Of a stretch of DNA of 64,000 nt, positions 1-15,000 are shown in pieces. Location: positions 11,284,001 to 11,348,000 of the forward strand of contig NC_086108.1 in assembly GCF_963921235.1 (NCBI RefSeq), read 5' to 3'. Under the pieces are notes generated by a model. That model did no database searches. It saw only the letters and a list, made by a program, of their open reading frames with translations, and was not told the origin of the DNA. This DNA comes from Mobula hypostoma (lineage: Eukaryota). The position numbers were made by a program, and so were the translations under genes. Positions within the stretch are counted from its first letter, which is position 1, and every line of letters starts with the position of its first letter.

Positions 1-3000
1 GACCACAGGGAATTCCAGACCACAGGAAACTCCAGACCACAGGGAATTCCAGACCACAGGGAACTCCAGACAACAGGGAACTACAGACCACAGGGAACTC
101 GAGACCACTGGGAACTGCAGACCACAGGGAACTCCAGACCACAGGGGACTCCAGACGACAGGTAACTCCAGACCACAGGGAACTCCAGACCACTGGGAAT
201 TCCAGATGACAGGGACCTCCAGAACACATAGAATTCCAGACCACAGGAACTCCAGATCACTGGAACCTCCAGCCTGCAGAGAAATCCAGACCACAGGGAA
301 CTCCAGACCTCAGGGAATTGCAGATCACAGGGAACCCCAGACCACAGGGAACCCCAGACTACAGGGAATTCCAGACTGCAGGAAACTCCAGACCATGGGG
401 AATTCCAGACCACAGGGAATTCCAGACCACAGGGAACTGCAGACCAGTGGGATCTCCAGACAATAGGGATTTCCAGACCACAGGGAACTCCAGACCACAA
501 GGAGCTCCAGACCACAGGGAACTCCAGACCACAGTGATCTCCCGACCACAGGGATCTCCAGACCACAGAAACCCAAGACCACAGAGAACTCCAGACCACA
601 GGGAATTCCAAACCACAGGAAACTCCAGACCACAGGGAACTCCAGACCACTGGGAATTCCAGACCACAGGGTACTCCAGACCACACGGAACCCCAGACCA
701 CAGGGAACTCCAGATCACTGGGACCACCAGACCATAGGGAATTCCAGACCACAGGTATCTTCAGACCACAGGAAACTACAGACCACAGGAAACTCCAGAC
801 CACAAGGACCTCTAGACCACAGGGAATTCCAGACCACAGGGAAATCCTGACCACAGGGAACGGCAGACCACAGGGAACTCCAGACCACAGGGAACACCAG
901 GCAACAGGGAACCCCAGACTACAGGGAATTCCAGACCTCAGGGAACTCCAGACCACAGGGAGTTCCAGACCACAGCGAACTCCAGACCACTGGGATCTCC
1001 AGTCCATAGGGAATTCCAGTCCACATTGAACCCCAGACCACAAGGAACTCCAGAACACAGCGAATTCCAGACCATAGGGAATTCCAGACCACAGGGAACT
1101 CCAGATCACAGGGAACTCCCGACCACAGGGAATTCCAAACCAGAGGGAACTCCAGAACACAGGGAATTCCAGACCACAGGGAACTCCGTACCACAGGAAA
1201 CTCCAGACCACTGGGAATTCCAGACCACAGGGTACTCTAGACCACAGAGAAGCCCAGACCACAGGGAACTCCAGATCACTGGGACCACCAGACAATAGGG
1301 AATTCCAGACCACAGGTATCTTCAGACCACAGGAAACTCCAGACCACAGGGAACTCCAGACCACAGGGAGCTCTAGACCACAGGGAATTCCACACCACAG
1401 GGAACTCCTGACCACAGGGAACCGCAGACCACAGGGAACTCCAGACCACAGGGAACACCAGGCAACAAGGAACACCAGACTACAGGGCATTCCAGACCGC
1501 AGGGAACTCCAGACCACAGGGAGTTCCAGACCACAGCGAACTCCAGACCACTGGGATCTCCAGACCATAGGGAATTCCAGACCACATTGAACCCCAGACC
1601 ACAAGGAACTCCAGAACACAGCGAATTCCAGACCATAGGGAATTCCAGACCACAGGGAACTCCAGACCACAGAGAACTCTTGACCACAGGGAATTCCAAA
1701 CCAGAGGGAACTCCAGAACACAGAGAATTCCAGACCACAGGGAACTCCAGATGACTGGGACCTCCAGCCTTCAGGGAATTCCAGATGGCAGGGACCTCCA
1801 GACCACAGGGTATTCCAGACCACAGGGAACTCCAGACCACAGGGAGTTCCAGACCACAGCGAACTCCAGACCACTGGGATCTCCAGACCATAGGGAATTC
1901 CAGACCACATTGAACCCCAGACCACAAGGAACTCCAGAACACAGCGAATTCCAGACCATAGGGAATTCCAGACCACAGGGAACTCCAGACCACAGAGAAC
2001 TCTTGACCACAGGGAATTCCAAACCAGAGGGAACTCCAGAACACAGAGAATTCCAGACCACAGGGAACTCCAGATGACTGGGACCTCCAGCCTTCAGGGA
2101 ATTCCAGATGGCAGGGACCTCCAGACCACAGGGTATTCCAGACCACAGGGAACTCCAGACCACAGGGAACCACAGACCACAGGGAATTCCAGACAAGTGG
2201 GAATTGCAGACCACAGGAAACTCCAGACCACAGGGAATTCCAAACCACAGGGAACTCCAGACCACAGGGAACCACAGACCACAGGGAACTCCAGACAAGT
2301 GGGAATTGCAGACCACAGGGAACTCCAGACCACAGGGAATTCCAAACCACAGGGAACTCCAGACCACAGGGAACTCCAGTCCATAGGGAACTCCAGACCA
2401 CAGAGAACCACAGACCACAGGGAACTCCAGAAAAGTGGGTATTGAAGACCACAGGGAACCCCAGACCACAGGAAACTCCAGACCACAGGTAACTCCAGAC
2501 CACAGGGAATTCCAAACCACAGGGAACTCCAGACCACTGGGACCTCCAGACCATAGGGAATTCCAGACCACAGGGAACTTCAGACCACAGAAAACTCCAG
2601 ACCACAGGGAACTCCAGACCAAAGGGAATTGCAAACCACAGGGACCTCTAGACCACAGGGAATTCCAGACCACAGGGAACTCCTGACCACAGAGAACCCC
2701 AGACTACAGGGAACTCCAGACCACAGGGATCCGCAGACAACAGGGAACCCCAGACTACAGGGAATTCCAGACCGCAGGGAACTCCAGACCACAGGGAATT
2801 CCAGACCACAGGGAACTCCATATCACTGGGACTCCAGCCTGCAGAGAACTCCAGACCACAGGGAATTCCAGACTACTGGGAACTCCAGACCACAGGGAAC
2901 TCCAGACCATAGGGTATTCCAGACCACAGGCAACCCCAGACCACTGGAAACTCCAGACCACAGGGAATTCCAGATCACAGGGAATTCCAGACCACAGGGA

Positions 3001-6000
3001 ACTCCAGACCATAGGGAACTCCAGATCACTGGGACCTCTGGCCTGCAGAGAACTCGAGACCACAGGGAGCTTCAGACCACAGGGAACTCCAGACCACAGG
3101 GATCTCCAATCACAGGGATCTCCAGACCACAGGGAACTCCAGATCACAGGGAATTCCAGATCACAGGGAACTCCAGACAACTGGGAATTCCAGACGACAG
3201 GGACCTCCAGACCACAGGGAATTCCAGACCACAGGGAACTACAGATCACAGGGAACTCCAGACAACAGGGAGCTACAGACCACAGGGAACTCCAGACAAC
3301 AGGGAGCTACAGACCACAGGGAACTCCAGACAACTGGGAATTCCAGACGACAGGGACCTCCAGACCACAGGGAATTCCAGACCACAGGGAACTCCAGACC
3401 ACAGGGAACTCCAGATCACTGGGACCTCCAGCCTGCAGAGAACTCCAGACCACAGGGATCCCCAGACCACAGGAAACTAGAGACCACAGGGAGCTCCAGA
3501 CCACAGGGAACTCCAGACAACAGGGAACTCCAGAAAACAGGGATCTCCAGACCACAGGGAACCACAGACCACAGGAAACTCCAGACCACAGGTAACTCCA
3601 GACCACAGGGAATTCCAGATCACAGAGAATTCCAGACCACAGGGAACTCCAGACCACAGGGAACTCCAGATCACTGGGACCTCTGGCCTGCAGAGAACTC
3701 GAGACCACAGGGAGCTTCAGACCACAGGGAACTCCAGACCACAGGGATCTCCAATCACAGGGATCTCCAGACCACAGGGAACCCTAGACCATGGGAAACT
3801 GGAGACCACAGGGAACTCCAGATCACAGGGAATTCCAGATCACAGGGAACTCCAGACAACTGGGAATTCCAGATGACAGGGACCTCCAGACCACAGGGAA
3901 TTCCAGACCACAGGGAACTACAGATCACAGGGAACTCCAGACAACAGGGAGCTACAGACCACAGGGAACTCCAGACAACTGGGAATTCCAGACGACAGGG
4001 ACCTCCAGACCACAGGGAATTCCAGACCAGAGGGAACTCCAGACCACAGGGAACTCCAGATCACTGGGACCTCCAGCCTGCAGAGAACTCCAGACCACAG
4101 GGATCCCCAGACCACAGGAAACTAGAGACCACAGGGAGCTCCAGACCACAGGGAACTCCAGACAACAGGGAACTCCAGAAAACAGGGATCTCCAGACCAC
4201 AGGGAACCACAGACCACAGGAAACTCCAGACCACAGGTAACTCCAGACCACAGGGAATTCCAAACCACAGGGAACTCCAGACCACAGGGAACTCAAGACC
4301 ACAGGGAATTCCAGACCACAGGGTACACCAGACCACAGGGAACCCCAGACCACAGGGAACTCCAGACCACAGGGATTTGCAGACCACAGGGACCTCCAGA
4401 CCACAGGGAATTCCAGACCACAGGAAACTCCTGACCACAGGGAACCCCAGACCACAGGGAACTCCAGAGCACAGGGAAACCCAGACAACAGGGAACCCCA
4501 GACTACGGGGAATACAAGACGCAGGGAACTCCAGACCACAGGGTATTCCAGACCACAGGGAATTCCAAACCACAGGGAATTCCAGACCACAGGGTATTCC
4601 AGACCACAGGGAACTCCAGACCACAGGGAACCACAGACCACAGGGAACTCCAGACAAGTGGGAATTGCAGACCACAGGAAACTCCAGACCACAGGGAATT
4701 CCAAACCACAGGGAACTCCAGACCACAGGGAACTCCATACCACAGGGAACCACAGACCACAGGGAACTCCAGACAAGTGGGAATTGCAGACCACAGGGAA
4801 CTCCAGACCACAGGGAATTCCAAACCACAGGGAACTCCAGACCACAGGGAACTCCAGTCCATAGGGAACTCCAGACCACAGGGAACTCCAGATCACTGGG
4901 ACCTCCAGCCTGCATGGAATTCCAGACCACAGGGAACCACAGACAACAGGAAACTCCAGACCACAGGGAATTCCAGAACACAGGGAACTCGAGACCACAG
5001 GGATCTCCAGACCAGAGGGAACTCCGGACCACAGGGATCTCCAGACCACAGGGAACCCCAGACCATGGGAGACTCCAGACCACAGGGAACTCCAGAGCAC
5101 AGGGAATTCCAAACCACAGGGAACTCCAGACCACTGGGACCTCCAGACCATAGGGAATTCCAGACCACAGGGAAATTCAGACCACAGAAAACTCCAGACC
5201 ACAGGGAACTCCAGATCAAAGGGAATTGCAAACCACAGGGACCTCGAGACCACAGGGAATTCCAGACCACAGGGAACTCCTGACTACAGAGAACCCCAGA
5301 CTACAGGGAACTCCAGACCACAGGGATCCGCAGACAACAGGGAACCCCAGACTACAGGGAATTCCAGACCGCAGGGAACTCCAGACCACAGGGAATTCCA
5401 GACCACAGGGAACTCCATATCACAAGGACTCCAGCCTGCAGAGAACTCCAGACCACAGGGAATTCCAGACTACTGGGAACTCCAGACCCCAGGGAACTCC
5501 AGACCATAGGGTATTCAAGACCACAGGCAACCCCAGACCACTGGAAACTCCAGACCACAGGGAATTCCAGACCACAGGGAATTCCAGACCACAGGGAACT
5601 CCAGACAACAGGGAACTACAGACCACAGGGAACTCGAGACCACAGGGAATTCCAGTCCACAGGGAACTCCAGATCACTGGGACCTCTGGCCTGCAGAGAA
5701 CTCGAGACCACAGGGAGCTTCAGACCACAGGGAACTCCAGACCACAGGGATCTCCAACCACAGGGATCTCCAGACCACAGGGAACTCCAGACAACAGGGA
5801 ACTACAGACCACAGGGAACTCGAGACCACAGGGAATTCCAGTCCACAGGGAACTCCAGATCACTGGGACCTCTGGCCTGCAGAGAACTCGAGACCACAGG
5901 GAGCTTCAGACCACAGGGAACTCCAGACCACAGGGATCTCCAATTACAGGGATCTCCAGACCACAGGGAACCCTAGACCATGGGAAACTGGAGACCACAG

Positions 6001-9000
6001 GGAACTCCAGATCACAGGGAATTCCAGATCACAGGGAACTCCAGACAACTTGGAATTCCAGATGACAGGGACCTCCAGACCACAGGGAATTCCAGACCAC
6101 AGGGAACTACAGATCACAGGGAACTCCAGACAACAGGGAGCTACAGACCACAGGGAACTCCAGACAACTGGGAATTCCAGACGACAGGGACCTCCAGACC
6201 ACAGGGAATTCCAGACCAGAGGGAACTCCAGACCACAGGGAACTCCAGATCACTGGGACCTCCAGCCTGCAGAGAACTCCAGACCACAGGGATCCCCAGA
6301 CCACAGGAAACTAGAGACCACAGGGAGCTCCAGACCACAGGGAACTCCAGACAACAGGGAACTCCAGAAAACAGGGATCTCCAGACCACAGGGAACCACA
6401 GACCACAGGAAACTCCAGACCACAGGTAACTCCAGACCACAGGGAATTCCAAACCACAGGGAACTCCAGACCACAGGGAACTCAAGACCACAGGGAATTC
6501 CAGACCACAGGGTACACCAGACCACAGGGAACCCCAGACCACAGGGAACTCCAGACCACAGGGATTTGCAGACCACAGGGACCTCCAGACCACAGGGAAT
6601 TCCAGACCACAGGAAACTCCTGACCACAGGGAACCCCAGACCACAGGGAACTCCAGAGCACAGGGAAACCCAGACAACAGGGAACCCCAGACTACGGGGA
6701 ATACAAGACGCAGGGAACTCCAGACCACAGGGTATTCCAGACCACAGGGAATTCCAAACCACAGGGAATTCCAGACCACAGGGTATTCCAGACCACAGGG
6801 AACTCCAGACCACAGGGAACCACAGACCACAGGGAACTCCAGACAAGTGGGAATTGCAGACCACAGGAAACTCCAGACCACAGGGAATTCCAAACCACAG
6901 GGAACTCCAGACCACAGGGAACTCCAGACCACAGGGAACCACAGACCACAGGGAACTCCAGACAAGTGGGAATTGCAGACCACAGGGAACTCCAGACCAC
7001 AGGGAATTCCAAACCACAGGGAACTCCAGACCACAGGGAACTCCAGTCCATAGGGAACTCCAGACCACAGGGAACTCCAGATCACTGGGACCTCCAGCCT
7101 GCATGGAATTCCAGACCACAGGGAACCACAGACAACAGGAAACTCCAGACCACAGGGAATTCCAGAACACAGGGAACTCGAGACCACAGGGATCTCCAGA
7201 CCAGAGGGAACTCCGGACCACAGGGATCTCCAGACCACAGGGAACCCCAGACCATGGGAGACTCCAGACCACAGGGAACTCCAGAGCACAGGGAATTCCA
7301 AACCACAGGGAACTCCAGACCACTGGGACCTCCAGACCATAGGGAATTCCAGACCACAGGGAAATTCAGACCACAGAAAACTCCAGACCACAGGGAACTC
7401 CAGATCAAAGGGAATTGCAAAGCACAGGGACCTCGAGACCACAGGGAATTCCAGACCACAGGGAACTCCTGACTACAGAGAACCCCAGACTACAAGGAAC
7501 TCCAGACCACAGGGATCCGCAGACAACAGGGAACCCCAGACTACAGGGAATTCCAGACCGCAGGGAACTCCAGACCACAGGGAATTCCAGACCACAGGGA
7601 ACTCCATATCACAAGGACTCCAGCCTGCAGAGAACTCCAGACCACAGGGAATTCCAGACTACTGGGAACTCCAGACCCCAGGGAACTCCAGACCATAGGG
7701 TATTCAAGACCACAGGCAACCCCAGACCACTGGAAACTCCAGACCACAGGGAATTCCAGACCACAGGGAATTCCAGACCACAGGGAACTCCAGACAACAG
7801 GGAACTACAGACCACAGGGAACTCGAGACCACAGGGAATTCCAGTCCACAGGGAACTCCAGATCACTGGGACCTCTGGCCTGCAGAGAACTCGAGACCAC
7901 AGGGAGCTTCAGACCACAGGGAACTCCAGACCACAGGGATCTCCAACCACAGGGATCTCCAGACCACAGGGAACTCCAGACAACCGGGAACTACAGACCA
8001 CAGGGAACTCGAGACCACAGGGAATTCCAGTCCACAGGGAACTCCAGATCACTGGGACCTCTGGCCTGCAGAGAACTCGAGACCACAGGGAGCTTCAGAC
8101 CACAGGGAACTCCAGACCACAGGGATCTCCAACCACAGGGATCTCCAGACCACAGGGAACCCTAGACCATGGGAAACTCCAGACCACAGGGAACTCCAGA
8201 TCACAGGGAATTCCAGATCACAGGGAACTCCAGACAACTGGGAATTCCAGACGACAGGGACCTCCAGACCACAGGGAACTCCAGACCACAGGCAACTCCA
8301 GATCACAGGGAACTCCAGACAACAGGGAGCTACAGACCAGAGGGAACTCCAGACAACTGGGAATTCCAGATGACAGGGACCTCCAGACCACAGGGAATTC
8401 CAAACCACAGGGAACTCCAGATCACTGGGACCTCCGGCCTGCAGGGAACTCGAGACCACAGGGAGCTCCAGACCACAGGGAACTCCAGACCACAGGGATC
8501 TCCAACCACAGGGATCTCCAGACCACAGGGATCCCCAGACCACAGGAAACTAGAGACCACAGGGAGCTTCAGACCACAGGGAACTCCAGACAACAGGGAA
8601 CTCCAGAAAACAGGGATCTCCAGACCACAGGGAACCACAGACCACAGGAAACTCCAGACCACAGGTAACTCCAGACCACAGGGAATTCCAAACCACAGGG
8701 AACTCCAGACCACAGGGAACTCAAGACCACAGGGATTTGCAGACCACAGGGACCTCCAGACCACAGGGAATTCCAGACCACAGGAATCTCCTGACCACAG
8801 GGAACCCCAGACCACAGGGAACTCCAGAGCACAGGGAAACCCAGACAACAGGGAACCCCAGACTATGGGGAATACAAGACCGCAGGGAACTCCAGACCAC
8901 AGGGAATTCCAGACCACAGGGAATTCCAAACCACAGGGAATTCCAGATCACCGGGAATGCCAGACCACAGGGAACTCCAGATTACTGGGACCTCCAGCCT

Positions 9001-12000
9001 GCAGGGAATTTCAGATGACAGGGTCTCCAGACCACAGGGAATTCCAGACCACAGGGAACTCCAGACCACAGGGAACCCCCGACCACAGGGATCTCCAGAC
9101 CACAGGGAATTGCAGATCACAGGGAACCCCAGACCACAGGGAAACCCACACTACAGGGAATTACAGACTGCAGGAAACTCCAGACCACGGGCAATTCCAG
9201 ACCACAGGGAATTCCAGACCACAGGGAACTCCAGACCACTGGGATCTCCAAACCATAGGGAATTCCAGACCACAGGGAACCCCAGACCACAGGGAACTCC
9301 AGAAGACTGGTAACTCCAGACCTTAGATAATTCCAGACCACAGCGAACTCCAGACCTCAGGGAACCCCAGACAACAGGAAACTCCAGACCACAGGAAATT
9401 CCAGACCACAGGGAACTCGAGACCACATGGAGCTCCAGACCACAGGGAACTCCAGACCACAGTAATCTCCAGACCACAGGGATCTCCAGACCACAGGGAA
9501 CACCAGACCACAGAGAACTCCAGACCACAGGGATCTCCAGACCACAGGGAACCCCAGACCACAGAGAACTCCAGACCACAGGGAATTCCAAACCACAGGA
9601 AACTCCAGACCACAGGGAACTCCAGACCACTGGGAATTCCAGACCACAGGGTACTCCAGACCACAGGGAACCTCAGACCACAGGGAACTCCAGATCACTG
9701 GGACCACCAGACCATAGGGAATTCCAGACCACAGGTATCTTCAGACCGCAGGAAACTCCAGACCACAGGGAACTCCAGACCACAGGGACCTCTAGAATAC
9801 AGGGATTTCCAGACCACAGGGAACTCCTGCCACAGGGAACCGCAGACCACAGGGAACTCCAGACCACAGGAAACACCAGGCAACAGGGAACACCAGACGA
9901 CAAGGAATTCCAGACCGCAGGGAACTCCAGACCACAGGGAGTTCCAGACCACAGAGAACTCCAGACCACTGGGATCCCCAGACCATAGCGAATTCCAGAC
10001 CACATTGAACCCCAGACCACAAGGAACTCCAGAACACAGCGAATTCCAGACCATAGAGAATTCCAGACCACAGGGAACTCCAGACCGCAGGGAAGACCCG
10101 ATCACAGGGAATTCCAAACCAGAGGGAACTCCAGAACACAGGGATCCAGACCACAGGGAACTCCAGGTGACTGGGACCTCCAGCCTGCAGGCAATTCCAG
10201 ACGACAGGGACCTCCAGACCACAGGGAACCACAGACCACAGGGAACTCCAGACCACAGGGAACTCCAGATCACTGGGACCTACAGCCTGCAGGTAACTCC
10301 AGACCACAGGGAACCCCAGACAACAGGAAACTCCAGACCACAGGGATCTCGAGACCACAGGGATCTCCAGACCAGAGGGAACTCCGGACCACAGGGATCT
10401 CACACCACAGGGAACCCCAGACCACGGGAGACTCCAGACCACAGGGATCTCCAGACCACAGGGAATTCCAAACCACAGGGAACTCCAGACCACAGGGAAT
10501 TCCGGACCACAGAGTACTCCAAACCACAGGGAACCCCAGACCACAGGGAACACCAGATCACTGGGACCTCCAGACCATAGGGAATTCCAGACCACAGGGA
10601 ACTTCGGACCACAGAAAACTCCAGACCACAGGGAACTCCAGACCACAGGGAATTCCAGACCACAGGGAACTCCAGATCACAGGGACCTCCAGCCTGCAGG
10701 GAACTCCAGACCACAGGGAACACCAGATCACTGGGACCTCCAGAGCATAGGGAATTCCAGACCACAGGGAACTTCGGACCACAGAAAACTCCAGACCACA
10801 GGGAACTCCAGACCACAGGGAATTGCAGACCACAGGGAACTCCTGACCACAGAGAACCCCAGACCACAGGGAACTCCAGACCACAGGGATCCGCAGACAA
10901 CAGGGAACCCCAGACTACAGGGAATTCCAGACCGCAGGGAACTCCAGACCACAGGGAATTCCAGACCACAGGGAACACCAGACCCCAGGGAACTCCAGAC
11001 CATAGGGCATTCCAGACCACAGGCAACCCCAGACCACTGGAAACTCCAGACCACAGGGAATTCCAGACCACAGGGAATTCCAGACCACAGGGAACTCCAG
11101 GCAACAGGGAACTACAGACCAGAGGGAACTCGAAACCACAGGGAAGTCGAGACCACAGGGATCTCCAACCACAGGGATCTCCAGACCACAGGGAATTCCA
11201 GATGACGGGGACCTTCAGACCATAGGGTATTCCAGACCATAGGCAACCCCAGACCACAGGAAACGCCAGACCACAGGGAATTGCAGACCACAGGAAACTC
11301 CAGACAACAGGGAACTACAGACCACCCGGAACTCGAGACCACTGGGAATTGCAGACCACAGGGAACTCCAGACCACAGGGAATTCCAAACCACAGGGAAC
11401 TCCAGATCACTGGGACCTCCGGCCTGCAGGGAACTCGAGACCACAGGGAGCTCCAGACCACAGGGAACTCCAGACCACAGGGATCTCCAACCACAGGGAT
11501 CTCCAGACCACAGGGATCCCCAGACCACGGGAAACTCCAGACCACAGGGAACTCCAGACCACAGGGAATTCCAAACCACAGGTAACTCCAGACCACAGGG
11601 AACTCCAGACAGCAGGGAACTCCAGACCACAGGGAACACCAGATCACTGGGACCTCCAGAGCATAGGGAATTCCAGACCACAGGGAACTTCGGACCACAG
11701 AAAACTCCAGACCACAGGGAACTCCAGACCACAGGGAATTGCAGACCACAGGGAACTCCTGACCACAGAGAACCCCAGACCACAGGGAACTCCAGACCAC
11801 AGGGATCCGCAGACAACAGGGAACCCCAGACTACAGGGAATTCCAGACCGCAGGGAACTCCAGACCACAGGGAATTCCAGACCACAGGGAACACCAGACC
11901 CCAGGGAACTCCAGACCATAGGGTATTCCAGACCACAGGCAACCCCAGACCACTGGAAACTCCAGACCACAGGGAATTCCAGACCACAGGGAATTCCAGA

Positions 12001-15000
12001 CCACAGGGAACTCCAGGCAACAGGGAACTACAGACCAGAGGGAACTCGAAACCACAGGGAAGTCGAGACCACAGGGATCTCCAACCACAGGGAATTCCAG
12101 ATGACGGGGACCTTCAGACCATAGGGTATTCCAGACCATAGGCAACCCCAGACCACAGGAAACGCCAGACCACAGGGAATTGCAGACCACAGGAAACTCC
12201 AGACAACAGGGAACTACAGACCACCCGGAACTCGAGACCACTGGGAATTGCAGACCACAGGGAACTCCAGACCACAGGGAATTCCAAACCACAGGGAACT
12301 CCAGATCACTGGGACCTCCGGCCTGCAGGGAACTCGAGACCACAGGGAGCTCCAGACCACAGGGAACTCCAGACCACAGGGATCTCCAACCACAGGGATC
12401 TCCAGACCACAGGGATCCCCAGACCACGGGAAACTCCAGACCACAGGGAACTCCAGACCACAGGGAATTCCAAACCACAGGTAACTCCAGACCACAGGGA
12501 ACTCCAGACAGCAGGGAACTCCAGACAACAGGGAGCTACAGACCACAGGGAACTCCAGACCACTGGGAATTCCAGACGACAGGGACCTCCAGACCACAGG
12601 GAATTCCAGACCACAGGGAACTCCAGATCACTGGGACCTCCAGCCTGCAGAGAACTCCAGACCAAAGGAACTCCAGGCAACAGGGAACTACAGACCAGAG
12701 GGAACTCGAAACCACAGGGAAGTCGAGACCACAGGGATCTCCAACCACAGGGACCTCCAGACCACAGGGAACCCTAGACCACGGGAAACTCCAGACCACA
12801 GGGAACTCCAGACCACAGGGAATTCCAAACCACAGGTAACTCCAGACCACAGGGAACTCCAGACCACAGGGATCCCCAGACCACAGGGATCCACAGACCA
12901 CGGGAAACTCCAGACTACAGGTAACTCAAGACCACAGGGAATTCCAAACCACAGGGAACTCCAGACCACAGGGAACTCAAGACCACAGGGAATTCCAGAC
13001 CACAGGGAACTCCAGATCACGGGGACCTCCAGCCTGCAGAGAACTCCAGACCAAAGGAACTCCAGGCAACAGGGAACTACAGACCAGAGGGAACTCGAAA
13101 CCACAGGGAAGTCGAGACCACAGGGATCTCCAACCACAGGGACCTCCAGACCACAGGGAACCCTAGACCACGGGAAACTCCAGACCACAGGGAACTCCAG
13201 ACCACAGGGAATTCCAAACCACAGGTAACTCCAGACCACAGGGAACTCCAGACCACAGGGATCCCCAGACCACAGGGATCCACAGACCACGGGAAACTCC
13301 AGACTACAGGTAACTCCAGACAACAGGGAATTCCAAACCACAGGGAACTCCAGACCACAGGGAACTCAAGACCACAGGGAATTCCAGACCACAGGGTACA
13401 CCAGACCATAGGGAACCCCAGACCACAGGGAACTCCAGACCACAGGGAACCCCAAACCACAGGTAACTCCAGACCACAGGGAACTCCAGACAGCAGGGAA
13501 CTCCAGACAACAGGGAGCTACAGACCACAGGGAACTCCAGACCACTGGGAATTCCAGACGACAGGGACCTCCAGACCACAGGGAATTCCAGACCACAGGG
13601 AACTCCAGATCACTGGGACCTCCAGCCTGCAGAGAATTCCAGACCAAAGGAACTCCAGGCAACAGGGAACTACAGACCAGAGGGAACTCGAAACCACAGG
13701 GAAGTCGAGACCACAGGGATCTCCAACCACAGGGACCTCCAGACCACAGGGAACCCTAGACCACGGGAAACTCCAGACCACAGGGAACTCCAGACCACAG
13801 GGAATTCCAAACCACAGGTAACTCCAGACCACAGGGAACTCCAGACCACAGGGATCCCCAGACCACAGGGATCCACAGACCACGGGAAACTCCAGACTAC
13901 AGGTAACTCCAGACCACAGGGAATTCCAAACCACAGGGAACTCCAGACCACAGGGAACTCAAGACCACAGGGAATTCCAGACCACAGGGTACACCAGACC
14001 ATAGGGAACCCCAGACCACAGGGAACTCCAGACCACAGGGAACCCCAGACCACAGGGAACTCCAGAGCACACGGAACCCCAGATAACAGGGAACCCCAGA
14101 CGACAGGGAATACAAGACCGCAGGGAACTCCAGACCACAGGGAACCCAGAACACAGGGAACTGCAGACCACTGGGAATTCCAGACGACGGGGACCTTCAG
14201 ACCATAGGGTATTCCAGACCACAGGCAACCCCAGACCACAGGAAACTCCAGACCACAGGGAATTCCAGACCACAGGAAACTCCAGACAACAGGGAACTAC
14301 AGACCACCCGGAACTCGAGACCACTGGGAATTGCAGACCACAGGGAACTCCAGACCACAGGGAATTCCAAACCACAGGGAACTCCAGATCACTGGGACCT
14401 CCGGCCTGCAGGGAACTCGAGACCACAGGGAGCTCCAGACCACAGGGAACTCCAGACCACAGGGATCTCCAACCACAGGGATCTCCAGACCACAGGGATC
14501 CCCAGACCACGGGAAACTCCAGACCACAGAGAACTCCAGACCACAGGGAATTCCAAACCACAGGTAACTCCAGACCACAGGGAACTCCAGACAGCAGGGA
14601 ACTCCAGACAACAGGGAGCTACAGACCACAGGGAACTCCAGACCACTGGGAATTCCAGACGACAGGGACCTCCAGACCACAGGGAATTCCAGACCACAGG
14701 GAATTCCAGACCACAGGGAACTCCAGATCACTGGGACCTCCAGCCTGCAGTGAACTCCAGACCAAAGGAACTCCAGGCAACAGGGAACTACAGACCAGAG
14801 GGAACTCGAAACCACAGGGAAGTCGAGACCACAGGGATCTCCAACCACAGGGACCTCCAGACCACAGGGAACCCTAGACCACGGGAAACTCCAGACCACA
14901 GGGAACTCCAGACCACAGGGAATTCCAAACCACAGGTAACTCCAGACCACAGGGAACTCCAGACCACAGGGATCCCCAGACCACAGGGATCCACAGACCA

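Noticed and set aside
530..536. V(D)J RSS heptamer CACAGTG (the monomer CACAGGG is 6/7)
   Set aside because: No ACAAAAACC nonamer at 12 or 23 nt and no V/J segments; a point variant of the satellite.
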